NCBI GenBank assembly: GCA_038212095.1
Contig: JBBQUW010000009.1
Span: forward strand, 13,163-77,162
Source: Gaiellales bacterium
Lineage (GTDB): Bacteria > Actinomycetota > Thermoleophilia > Gaiellales > JAICJC01
Length of the DNA stretch: 64,000 bases
Direction of reading: 5' to 3'
The notes below the pieces were generated by a model. That model worked only from the letters and a program-made list of their open reading frames with translations. It searched no databases and was not told where the DNA came from. Numbering within the stretch: the first letter of the stretch is position 1; each line of letters begins with the position of its first letter. This document shows positions 10,695 through 19,305 of the stretch, piece by piece. The position numbers and the translations under genes were made by a program.

Positions 10695-11420
10695 TTGTCC
10701 GCGTTGAAGGTCGGGGTTGTATCGCTGGTGGCGGGGGCGGTCGGAACGGTCGCCATCCTCGTCACCCCCTCGTGGTTCCCGGTCGCAGCCGCGCAGCAGG
10801 CCGATCGTCAGGATGCGCTCTACCTGGCGCTGATGATCATGTCGGCGTTCATCATGGCGATCGTCACCACATTCCTCGTCTACTCGGTGTGGAAATTCCG
10901 CGCCCGGCCGGGCGACGAGGATCGCGACGGGCCGCCGATCCACGGCAACACGATGCTCGAGATCCTGTGGACCGTGATCCCGACCGTGATCGTGCTTGCG
11001 TTCGCGGTGGCGGGCGGCGTGGTTCTGGTCGACAACGAAAGGACGTACAAGAACGAGATGGTGGTAAACGTGCAGGCGCAGCAGTTCGCCTGGACGTTCA
11101 CGTACGCAAACGGCGTCAAGTCGCCGGTGCTGATGCTGGTCAAGGATCAGCCGACCGAGTTCAAGATCAGCTCGCTGCTGCATGACGTCATCCACTCGTT
11201 CTACGTGCCGCAGTTCCGCGTCAAGGCCGACGCTGTACCCGGGCAGTACAACTACACCTACGCCACTCCCGACCGGGTCGGCACCTACACCCTGATCTGC
11301 ACCGAGCTGTGCGGTCCCGGCCACTCGTTGATGCGGGCCGAGGTGCGGGTGGTCAGCCGGGCCGACTTCGACACCTGGCTGCAGAGCCAGAAGACCGCGT
11401 CAGGAGGAGCAGGAGCCTAG
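10695..11420 (+). CDS. ctaC: cytochrome c oxidase subunit II (CuA, no fused cytochrome c)
   Basis: 241 aa; two N-terminal TM helices; CuA site HDVIHSFYVPQF...CTELCGPGHSLM; TTG start. Confidence 0.9.
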   Translation: MSALKVGVVSLVAGAVGTVAILVTPSWFPVAAAQQADRQDALYLALMIMSAFIMAIVTTFLVYSVWKFRARPGDEDRDGPPIHGNTMLEILWTVIPTVIVLAFAVAGGVVLVDNERTYKNEMVVNVQAQQFAWTFTYANGVKSPVLMLVKDQPTEFKISSLLHDVIHSFYVPQFRVKADAVPGQYNYTYATPDRVGTYTLICTELCGPGHSLMRAEVRVVSRADFDTWLQSQKTASGGAGA

Positions 11421-11587
11421 ATGATTGATTCCACGAGCTACACGGCTCTGGCACTGGTCTGGGCCGCCCCAGACGCCACGATCGCCTTTGCACAGGCTTC
11501 ATCCAGCCTGCGCAGCAGGCGCTCCTGCCGCCTGGAACACCCCATCCTGCGTCCAGCAACCACACATCCCATGGAATCAACCATCTA
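11418..11587. mobile_element. MITE-like repeat, long copy (170 bp), filling the ctaC-ctaD junction
   Basis: Terminal inverted repeats TAGATGATTGATTCCACG / CATGGAATCAACCATCTA; reverse-complement copy at 42019-42122; central hairpin GTCTGGG-CCGC-CCCAGAC; bounded by TA dinucleotides. Confidence 0.75.
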
Positions 11588-14014
11588 ATGGCAAACCATG
11601 CAGCAGACGCCCTCCACGGGCACGGCCCGGTCGATTCCTCGCCTCAGCGCAGCCTGTGGTTCCGCGGCAGCTGGGTGCGCGCCCTGTGGGTCTCGTTCGC
11701 CTTTGGACTGACCGCTGCCGGCATCGCGGCGCTGATCCGGCATCTCCTCGGCTTCAGCCCCACCTCCGGCAACTCCGCCCACGAGGTGCTGGCCACCTTC
11801 GGCCTCACCTTCTGGGCGATCGGCTTCACCGTCGGCATCGGCTGTTTTGACTATTGGTGGGGCTACCTGATCGGCAGGCCGAACTGGGTGCAGGAGGATC
11901 ACTCGGCCCACGGCGCCTACAGCTGGCGCGACTACTTCAAGGTCAACACCGACCATAAGGTGATCGGCGTCCAGTACCTGGTGACGACGTTCATCTTCTT
12001 CCTGATCGGCGGTGCCTTGGCGGAGGGCGTGCGGGCCGAGCTGGCACAGCCCGGCACGCAGTACGTCTCGCCCGGCACGTACAACGGACTCTTCTCGGCC
12101 CACGCCACGCTGATGATCTTCCTGTTCATCATCCCCAGCTTCGCCGGTCTGGCGAACTTTGTGGTGCCCTTGATGCTGGGTGCCCAGGACATGGCGTTTC
12201 CGCGGCTGAACGCGCTCTCGTTCTGGTTCCTGCTGCCCGCCGGCGTGATCTTCCTGGCCTCGTTTCTGGTCGGGCCGTTCAACGCAGGCTGGACGAACTA
12301 CGCCCCGCTGTCGGAGCATGCCGCGCTGGGCAACACGTTCTTCACCCTGGGCGTGCAGTTTGCGGGCGCCTCCTCGATCGCCACCGCGGTCAACTTCCTG
12401 GTCACGATCGTCACCATGCGTGCGCCCGGAATGAGCTTCTGGCGCATGCCGCTGCTGGTCTGGGCCAACCTGGCCACCTCATCGCTGGTGGTGCTGGGCA
12501 CGCCCTTCATCGCCGGCTCGCAGTTCATGGTGCTGTACGACCGGGTCATGCACACCCACTTCTTCGACCCGTCGTCGGGTGGCAACGTCGTGCTCTACCA
12601 GCACATCTTCTGGTTCTACTCCCACCCTGCCGTCTACATCATGATGCTGCCGGGATTCGGCATCATCAGCGAGGTGATCTCGATCCACTCGCGCAAGCCG
12701 ATCTTCGGCTACCGGTTGATCGCATTCTCGACCGTGGCGATCGGCGTGCTCGGCTTCACTGTGTGGGCGCATCACATGTTCGTGAGCGGCATGGCGCCCT
12801 GGCTGCGGATCCCGATGATGGCGACCACGATGCTGATCGCGGTGCCCACCGGCATCAAGATCTTCTCGTGGATCGCGACGCTGTGGAACGGCGTCATCCA
12901 CCTCACCACCGCGATGCTGTTTGCGCTTGGCTTCCTGTTCACGTTCGTGATCGGCGGCCTGTCCGGCATATTCCTGGCCGTGCTGCCGGTCGACATCAAC
13001 GTCTCGGACACGTACTTCGTGGTGGCGCACATCCACTACGTGCTGTTCGGTGGCTCGGTGTTCACGATCTATGCCGGCATCTACCACTGGTTCCCCAAGA
13101 TGACCGGCCGGATGTACGACGAGCGGCTGGGTCGGCTGCACTTCTGGCTCACGTTCGTGACCTTCAACGCGACCTTCTTGCCCATGCACTGGCTTGGGTT
13201 GAAGGGAATGCCGCGACGCGTCGCCGACTACGACCCGCGCTTCGCCACGCTCAACATGATCATCTCGGTGTTCGCGTTCATCCTGGGCGCCTCGACGCTG
13301 GTCTTCCTCTACAACATCATCCACAGCTGGGCGCGCGGGCCGATCGCCTCCGCCAACCCGTGGCGGGCGATGACGCTGGAGTGGCAGGTCACCTCGCCTC
13401 CGCCGATCTTCAACTTCGACGAGCAGCCGCAGGTCGTCGGCGGACCGTACGAGTACGGCGTGCCAGGTGCCCGGCACGCGATCGTGACCGTGCACTCGCC
13501 CGACCAGGAGTTTGCCGGGCCCGCCACCGCGGTGCTTGCGACCGCGTCGCCACGCGAGCGAGAGGCCATTCTGAGCTCGATGAAACACATCCTGGTGGTG
13601 GCGAACCAGACCGTCGCCGGCGAGCGGCTGATCGAGGCGCTACGTCGGCGCGCGGGCGAGGAGCAGGTGCGCGTAACGGTGATCTGCCCCCAGAACGATC
13701 CGTCCGGCGAGTGGGTGGTCGACCAGAGCCAGGTGGCGGCAGCGACCCGCGAGCGGCTGGACGCCACGCTCGCGGCGCTGCACGCGGCCGGAGTGCCGGC
13801 CACCGGCCAGGTCGTCGACCGCGATCCGTACACAGCCGTGATCGATCAGATGGAGTCGAGCGATCCGCCGGCCGAGATCATCATCTCCACCCTGCCTCAG
13901 ACACGTTCGGGCTGGCTGCGCCGCGATCTCATCTCTCGCGTTCGTGACGATACTCGGCTGCCGGTCGAGCACGTCGTGGTCGACGTTCGCACCGGCGAGG
14001 CGGCGAGCTCGTGA
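11588..14014 (+). CDS. ctaD: cytochrome c oxidase subunit I, A2-type, with N-terminal 2-TM extension and C-terminal USP-like soluble domain
   Basis: 808 aa; core TDHKVIGVQYL, FWFYSHPAVYIMMLPGFG, WAHHMFVSG, PRRVADYD; extra ~115 aa N-term and ~220 aa C-term (KHILVVANQTVAGERLIEAL...AEIIISTLPQTRSGWLRRDL...). Confidence 0.9.
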   Translation: MANHAADALHGHGPVDSSPQRSLWFRGSWVRALWVSFAFGLTAAGIAALIRHLLGFSPTSGNSAHEVLATFGLTFWAIGFTVGIGCFDYWWGYLIGRPNWVQEDHSAHGAYSWRDYFKVNTDHKVIGVQYLVTTFIFFLIGGALAEGVRAELAQPGTQYVSPGTYNGLFSAHATLMIFLFIIPSFAGLANFVVPLMLGAQDMAFPRLNALSFWFLLPAGVIFLASFLVGPFNAGWTNYAPLSEHAALGNTFFTLGVQFAGASSIATAVNFLVTIVTMRAPGMSFWRMPLLVWANLATSSLVVLGTPFIAGSQFMVLYDRVMHTHFFDPSSGGNVVLYQHIFWFYSHPAVYIMMLPGFGIISEVISIHSRKPIFGYRLIAFSTVAIGVLGFTVWAHHMFVSGMAPWLRIPMMATTMLIAVPTGIKIFSWIATLWNGVIHLTTAMLFALGFLFTFVIGGLSGIFLAVLPVDINVSDTYFVVAHIHYVLFGGSVFTIYAGIYHWFPKMTGRMYDERLGRLHFWLTFVTFNATFLPMHWLGLKGMPRRVADYDPRFATLNMIISVFAFILGASTLVFLYNIIHSWARGPIASANPWRAMTLEWQVTSPPPIFNFDEQPQVVGGPYEYGVPGARHAIVTVHSPDQEFAGPATAVLATASPREREAILSSMKHILVVANQTVAGERLIEALRRRAGEEQVRVTVICPQNDPSGEWVVDQSQVAAATRERLDATLAALHAAGVPATGQVVDRDPYTAVIDQMESSDPPAEIIISTLPQTRSGWLRRDLISRVRDDTRLPVEHVVVDVRTGEAASS

Positions 14015-14631
14015 GCGCGATCGCCGCCACCGCCGACGGCCACGGCCACGACGGGCACGGCGAATCCGCCTACCACGAGAGCCTGCTGCGATCGCCCGTC
14101 TTCCTGGGCATGGTGATGTTCATCGGCTCGGAGATCATGCTGTTCGGCTCGTTCTTCACCGCCTTCTTCTACGTCCGCTTCAGCCACAGCCAATATCCAT
14201 ACGACCCGCACAACCTCTTCGACATCCCCAAGGCCTCCACCGGCATCAACACCGCGATCCTGGTCGCCTCCTCGTTCACGATGCACTGGGCGCTGGTCTC
14301 GGTGCGGCGGGGCAAGCGGTTCGGCCTGATCGTGGGGCTGGCCCTGACGCTGATCATGGGCCTGACCTTCCTCGGCCTGCAGATGCGCGAGTACCACAGC
14401 CTCGGCTTCGTGCCGTCCGACGGTGCGTTCTCGACCACGTTCTTCGCCCTCACCGGCCTGCACGGGCTGCACGTCTTCGTCGGCGCGACGCTGCTGGCGA
14501 TCGCCCTGCTGCGATCGTGCCGCGGCCACTACTCGCCGCGAGAGCACCTCGGGCTCGAGGTTACCGGCCTGTACTGGCACTTCGTCGACGTTGTGTGGGT
14601 CTTCCTCTACACCGTCGTCTACCTGTTGTAG
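14011..14631 (+). CDS. ctaE: cytochrome c oxidase subunit III
   Basis: 206 aa; GMVMFIGSEIMLFGSFFTAFFYVR..., ...YWHFVDVVWVFLYTVVYL; GTGA overlap with ctaD. Confidence 0.9.
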   Translation: MSAIAATADGHGHDGHGESAYHESLLRSPVFLGMVMFIGSEIMLFGSFFTAFFYVRFSHSQYPYDPHNLFDIPKASTGINTAILVASSFTMHWALVSVRRGKRFGLIVGLALTLIMGLTFLGLQMREYHSLGFVPSDGAFSTTFFALTGLHGLHVFVGATLLAIALLRSCRGHYSPREHLGLEVTGLYWHFVDVVWVFLYTVVYLL

Positions 14632-14680
14632 CTGCTCGGACGCCCTCAAGTCGGGCGCGTCGGCTGCCGAAAGGGAGTCG

Positions 14681-15352
14681 ATGGGCAGCTCTGACTCGAT
14701 CACATCGCGCCTCCTCCCTGGGCTCGTGCTTGTGGCGGTGGCGTTCGCCGCCTGGTGGTTGTTCCTGCGCGGCGGCGAGACGCACACCGTGCCGCAGGGG
14801 CCGTCGGGCGTGCTGGCGGTGCCGTCGTCGGCAGGGCCGTACCTGTTGCAGCAGTCGCAGATCGGCACCGGCTACGACCAGAGCGCCGCTCAGACAGGCA
14901 AGACTACCGGCGCACAGATCCGCGCCGGCCAGTCGACCGCGGCCGTCAGGGTGATCGACCAGGGCTGGAAGGCAGGCGCGCGCGCGGGCTGGTCAAAGGC
15001 CAGTGGATCGATCACGGCCACGAGCCGAGCGGAGCTGTTTACCGTCAGCAACCTGTCGGCCATCGCAGCCGGGTTCGAGAAGCGGGCGGTGCGGGCGTTC
15101 CACGGCAAGCCCAGCGCGCCCCCCTCTGGCGTGCCCGGCACCGGCGGCTGGTTCGTCACCGGCACCACCATCTCGCCGATCCTCTCCCAGCCCTACCCGC
15201 GGCGCCGCCAGGTGGCCGTATACGGGTGGCAACACGGCAACGTTCTGGCCGTGATCACCGTCACCGGCCTGCCGCGCGACGGCGTCGCCGAGATCGTTGC
15301 CACGCTGGCCAAGGCACAGGACGACGACATCCGCTTCGCCTCCGGCTCCTGA
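14681..15352 (+). CDS. membrane-anchored hypothetical protein
   Basis: ATG 14681 preceded by AAGGGAG; MGSSDSITSRLLPGLVLVAVAFAAWWLFL anchor then ~190 aa extracytoplasmic region; longer ORF-track start 14423 overlaps ctaE and is rejected. Confidence 0.6.
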   Translation: MGSSDSITSRLLPGLVLVAVAFAAWWLFLRGGETHTVPQGPSGVLAVPSSAGPYLLQQSQIGTGYDQSAAQTGKTTGAQIRAGQSTAAVRVIDQGWKAGARAGWSKASGSITATSRAELFTVSNLSAIAAGFEKRAVRAFHGKPSAPPSGVPGTGGWFVTGTTISPILSQPYPRRRQVAVYGWQHGNVLAVITVTGLPRDGVAEIVATLAKAQDDDIRFASGS

Positions 15353-15356
15353 CCGG

Positions 15357-15614
15357 CTACGCCGGGCCGATCGCGGTCACGATCTCGAGCACCATCGCGG
15401 CCCACTGACGGTTGCGCACGTCGACCCGCATCATGCGTCCGGTGGGCCCGTCCGGGAAGGCTTCGGCCAGCGAGCGGGAGCGGTCCGAAAGGCCGCGTGG
15501 CATCGCCACGAGCCGGATCGTCACCGCCAGGTAGCCGTCGCGCTGGTCGACGGTCACGCCCTCCACGCCCGCGCAGGCGCGCTCGACCTCGTCCATGAAG
15601 GCGGCGCGGCCCAC
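15357..15614 (-). CDS. hypothetical protein (85 aa), last gene of second oxidase operon
   Basis: high GC3 throughout; 9-nt gap after the 71-aa ORF; no motif recognised. Confidence 0.5.
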   Translation of the reverse strand: MGRAAFMDEVERACAGVEGVTVDQRDGYLAVTIRLVAMPRGLSDRSRSLAEAFPDGPTGRMMRVDVRNRQWAAMVLEIVTAIGPA

Positions 15615-15623
15615 CCGCCCAGC

Positions 15624-15839
15624 TCAATCCGGCAGGTTGCGGTAATCGTCGATCGCGTCGCCCACCCAGAGCCAGACGCCGATCAGGAGGATCATCGATC
15701 CGATCGAGATCAGCGCCAGCCGCCACAGGGTCGCGCTCGGCACCAGACCGACCAGCGTCAGCGCGACGCCGAGCGACGCGACGATCGGATGGGACGAGGG
15801 CGTGGGAAGATGGAAGCCGGTGTGGTCGCCGTCAGACAT
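15624..15839 (-). CDS. small 2-TM protein, probable oxidase subunit IV-like / cox-cluster protein
   Basis: 71 aa; FHLPTPSSHPIV followed by two hydrophobic helices, reminiscent of accessory helices/small subunits of A-type oxidases; 8-nt overlap with upstream 38-aa ORF. Confidence 0.5.
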   Translation of the reverse strand: MSDGDHTGFHLPTPSSHPIVASLGVALTLVGLVPSATLWRLALISIGSMILLIGVWLWVGDAIDDYRNLPD

Positions 15840-15948
15840 TGGTCACGATCAGGCCGACGACGATGGTGGCCACGAACAGCAACGCCGATGCCAGCGCCAG
15901 CTTGAGCGCCAGGGCGATGTTGTCGTGTGCGGTCTTCTTGTTCAGCAT
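15832..15948 (-). CDS. 38-aa single-TM micro-protein
   Basis: MLNKKTAHDNIALALKLALASALLFVATIVVGLIVTNV; AGGAG 6 nt upstream of ATG 15948, directly after ctaB stop; too short for ORF track. Confidence 0.45.
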   Translation of the reverse strand: MLNKKTAHDNIALALKLALASALLFVATIVVGLIVTNV

Positions 15949-15956
15949 CCCAGCTC

Positions 15957-16859
15957 CTAGAAGTTGATCCGGTCGAGGCCGATGGCGGCGAACAGCAGCG
16001 CCAGGTAGGCGAGTGAGTAGAGAAAGAGCGCCCGCGCGTTGGCACTTGAGGTATCGCGCAGCAGGCGCACGGCCAGCATCAGGAACCAGCCGCCGAGCGC
16101 GACTGCCGAGACCAGGTAGACGGCGCCAAACGTCTGTGAGAGGAACGGGAGCACCGTCAGACCGATCAACAGCACGGTGTAGAGCACGATCTGTCGCGCC
16201 GTCTCGTGGACGCCGCGCACGACCGGCAGCATCGGCACGCCGGCCTGGGCGTAGTCGTCCTTTGCAAGGATCGCCAGCGCCCAGAAGTGGGGCGGCGTCC
16301 AGTAGAAGACGATCGCAAACATGAACAGCGCCGGCAGGCCGATCTCTCCCGTCACGGCGGCCCATCCCACCAGCGGCGGGATCGCACCGGCAGCGCCGCC
16401 GATGACGATGTTCTGCACCGTGCGTCGCTTGAGCCACCACGTGTACACGATCACGTAGAACAGGCCGCCGCCCAGCGCCAGCCCGGCCGTGAGCAGATTC
16501 ACGTACAGCGTCAGCACGGCCGCCGATGCGACCATCAGGCCCACACCGAACCCTGCGGCGGCCTCTGGCGAGATGCGGCCCGCGGCCACCGGCCGGGTGG
16601 CCGTGCGCCGCATGCGGGCGTCGATGTCACGGTCGAGCACGTGGTTCAGCGCGCTCGCCCCACCGGACGAGAGTGCCAGGCCAAACAGCGTCACCACGGT
16701 CAGGTGCGCACCGGGCAGCCCGTCGGCCGCGAACGCCATCGCGCCGTAGGCGGTGATCAGGATCAGCATCATGATCCGCGGCTTGGTCAGCGTGACGTAG
16801 TCGGCCAGCGCGGATCGCAGCGTCGAGCGCAGCGGGTGGGGGGCGGTGGCCATGCTCAT
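15957..16859 (-). CDS. ctaB: protoheme IX farnesyltransferase (heme O synthase)
   Basis: 300 aa UbiA-fold; YVTLTKPRIMMLILITAYGAMA, NHVLDRDIDARMRRT; 4-nt overlap with ctaD2. Confidence 0.9.
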   Translation of the reverse strand: MSMATAPHPLRSTLRSALADYVTLTKPRIMMLILITAYGAMAFAADGLPGAHLTVVTLFGLALSSGGASALNHVLDRDIDARMRRTATRPVAAGRISPEAAAGFGVGLMVASAAVLTLYVNLLTAGLALGGGLFYVIVYTWWLKRRTVQNIVIGGAAGAIPPLVGWAAVTGEIGLPALFMFAIVFYWTPPHFWALAILAKDDYAQAGVPMLPVVRGVHETARQIVLYTVLLIGLTVLPFLSQTFGAVYLVSAVALGGWFLMLAVRLLRDTSSANARALFLYSLAYLALLFAAIGLDRINF

Positions 16860-18508
16860 CCCACGACCCCCTCGTGCAGCGGCGGCAGCCCGGCCCGCTC
16901 GCGACGCAGGTCGTACAGTGGCCGCTCGCTGCGCACCGGCGGCAGGTCATCGAAGTTGTGGGCAGGCGGCGGCGACGTGGTGTACCACTCGAGCGTGTTG
17001 GCCTGCCATGGGTCGTCGCCGGCGATGCGGCCGCTGCGTAGCGAGGTGAGGCAGTTCCACACCACCATCAGCACGCCCGCCGACAGCACGAAGGAGCCGA
17101 GCGTCGAGAGCTCGTTCATCAGCTGCCAGCCGGGGTGGGTGGGGTAGCTGGAGATCCGCCGTGGCATGCCGGAGAGCCCCGCCGCATGCATCGGGAAGAA
17201 CGTCAGGTTGAAGCCGACGAACAGCACCCAGAAGCTCCAGATCGCCAGCGACCGGTTCATCATGCGGCCGGTCATCTTGGGGTACCAGTAGTGCAGGCCA
17301 CCGATTACGGCGAACACCGGTATCGTGCCCAGCACGTAGTGGAAGTGGGCGACGACGAAGTAGGTGTCGGTCACCTGCAGGTCGGCCGGCGAGGCCAGAA
17401 TCAGGCCGGACAGCCCGCCGATCAGGAACAGGCCGATGAACCCGACCGCGAACAGCATCGGCGGCTCAAACCTGATCCGGCCCATCCACATGGTGCCGAT
17501 CCAGTTGAAGATCTTGACGCCGGTGGGGACGGCGATCGCGACCGACGCCAGGATGAACCATGCGTTGACCGGGCCGGGGAAGTTGGTGGCGAACATGTGG
17601 TGGCCCCAGACCAGGAAGCCCATGAATGCGATCGCCGCGACCGAGTAGACGAGCGCCTTGTAGCCGAAGATCGGCTTGCGCGAGAACACCGGGATGATCT
17701 CCGAGATCATGCCGAACCCGGGTAGCGCCATCACGTACACCACCGGGTGGGAGTAGAACCAGAACAGGTGCTGGTAGAGGATCGGGCTGCCGGTGGTGGC
17801 GCTGTAGAAGCTGGTGCCGAAGTTGCGGTCGAGCAGCAGCATGGCCAGCGCGCCGGCGAACACCGGCCCGGCGGCCAGAGTCATGATCGCGTAGAAGTCG
17901 ATGCACCAGGTGAACAGCGGCATCCGGGTCAGCCGCATGCCGGGCGCTCGCATGTTGTGAATCGTGCAGATGAAGTTGATCGCGCCCAGGATCGACGAGA
18001 TGCCGATGATGTGCAGGCCGACGATCCAGAAGTCGACGCCGTGGCCGGGGAGCTTCACCGAGAGCGGCGGGTAGGCCGTCCAGCCGGCGCCGGAGGCACC
18101 GCCGAACAGGAAGCTGGAGTACATCGCGATGCCGCCGAACAGCAGCAGCCAGAACGAGGCCGCGTTCAGCTTCGGGAAGGCCATGTCGCGGGCGCCGATC
18201 TGGAGCGGCACGAAGTAGTTCCCGAAAGCCGCCATCACCGGTACCACGAACAGGAAGATCATGGTGGTGCCGTGCATGGTGAAGATCTGGTCGTATCTGT
18301 CTGGCGAGACGACCGTGCCGTTGCTGGTCTCGAGCTGCAGCCGGATCACGAGCGCCATCAGCCCGCCGGTGAGGAAGAAGAACAGCGTCGTGATCAGGTA
18401 CATGATCCCGATCCGCTTGTGGTCGACCGTGACCAGCCACGAGCGCAAGCCTTCGCCCGCGGGGGCGGCCGCCGGGACGGAGTTGGGGAGTGGATGCGCG
18501 GTGGCCAT
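16856..18508 (-). CDS. ctaD: cytochrome c oxidase subunit I, A2-type (canonical length)
   Basis: 550 aa; VDHKRIGIMYL, FWFYSHPVVYVMALPGFG, WGHHMFATN, PRRISSY. Confidence 0.92.
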   Translation of the reverse strand: MATAHPLPNSVPAAAPAGEGLRSWLVTVDHKRIGIMYLITTLFFFLTGGLMALVIRLQLETSNGTVVSPDRYDQIFTMHGTTMIFLFVVPVMAAFGNYFVPLQIGARDMAFPKLNAASFWLLLFGGIAMYSSFLFGGASGAGWTAYPPLSVKLPGHGVDFWIVGLHIIGISSILGAINFICTIHNMRAPGMRLTRMPLFTWCIDFYAIMTLAAGPVFAGALAMLLLDRNFGTSFYSATTGSPILYQHLFWFYSHPVVYVMALPGFGMISEIIPVFSRKPIFGYKALVYSVAAIAFMGFLVWGHHMFATNFPGPVNAWFILASVAIAVPTGVKIFNWIGTMWMGRIRFEPPMLFAVGFIGLFLIGGLSGLILASPADLQVTDTYFVVAHFHYVLGTIPVFAVIGGLHYWYPKMTGRMMNRSLAIWSFWVLFVGFNLTFFPMHAAGLSGMPRRISSYPTHPGWQLMNELSTLGSFVLSAGVLMVVWNCLTSLRSGRIAGDDPWQANTLEWYTTSPPPAHNFDDLPPVRSERPLYDLRRERAGLPPLHEGVVG

Positions 18509-18512
18509 CGGC

Positions 18513-19253
18513 CTACGCCTGCGCCTTTGATGCCATGTAGCTGTCGAAGTCCTGCTTGCTGAGCACCTTGACGATGATCAGCATGGTCGGGTGGCCGGGT
18601 CCGCAGAACTCGGCGCACTGCCCGTAGTAGGTGCCGGTCCGCTCGGCGCTGAACCAGGTGTGGGTGGTACGCCCTGGGATCACATCCGTCTTCTGCCCCA
18701 ACTGCTCGACCCACCAGTCGTGGATCACGTCCTTGGACTGCAGCGAGAGGTGGATCGGGACGCCCACCGGCACCACCAGCGTGTTGGTATCGGTCGTGGC
18801 CGGGTGCTTGCCGTTGGGATAGGTGTAGACGAATCCGTACTGCTGTGCCGTCACGCTGATCTCCATAGCGCCCTTGGGCACGTCGCTGACCGACGGCAGC
18901 TTGTAGAAGGTGAACGCCGAGAGGCCGACCAGGATCAGCACGGGGACGATCGTCCAGCCGATCTCGAGCCGTGTCGATCCGTGCACCTGCGGCGGCTCGG
19001 GGTAGACCTCGCCCGGCCGGGCCCGGAAGCGGATCGCGGAGTACACCAACCAGCCGCCCACCAGCACGAAGATGGTCACGGTGACGCCGAGGATGGCGCG
19101 GTAGATCTCGTCCAGCGCGTGGGCGTTGGACGAGTTGGGGTTGCTGAAGGTGGCCGTGTCGGCCAGCGCGGGCTGCGCGGTGAGCAGCGCGCACAGCGCA
19201 GCGAGCAGGGCAGCTGCGAGAATCCAGTGGCGGCGGCGATGCGTTCGGGTCAC
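18513..19253 (-). CDS. ctaC: cytochrome c oxidase subunit II (CuA)
   Basis: GTG 19253 (VTRTHRRRHWILAAALLAALCALLTAQPALA signal) preferred over ORF-track 19430; CuA site HDWWVEQLG...CAEFCGPGHPTM. Confidence 0.88.
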   Translation of the reverse strand: MTRTHRRRHWILAAALLAALCALLTAQPALADTATFSNPNSSNAHALDEIYRAILGVTVTIFVLVGGWLVYSAIRFRARPGEVYPEPPQVHGSTRLEIGWTIVPVLILVGLSAFTFYKLPSVSDVPKGAMEISVTAQQYGFVYTYPNGKHPATTDTNTLVVPVGVPIHLSLQSKDVIHDWWVEQLGQKTDVIPGRTTHTWFSAERTGTYYGQCAEFCGPGHPTMLIIVKVLSKQDFDSYMASKAQA

Positions 19254-19263
19254 GAGCGCCCCG

Positions 19264-19269
19264 ATTCTA
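19264..19269 (-). promoter_or_regulatory. -10 box of second oxidase operon
   Basis: minus strand TGTAGAAT (extended -10), 10 nt before GTG 19253; same TAGAAT hexamer as the first oxidase operon. Confidence 0.35.
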
Positions 19270-19305
19270 CAAGCGACCGCCGCGCGACGTTGCCGGGACC
19301 GGCCC

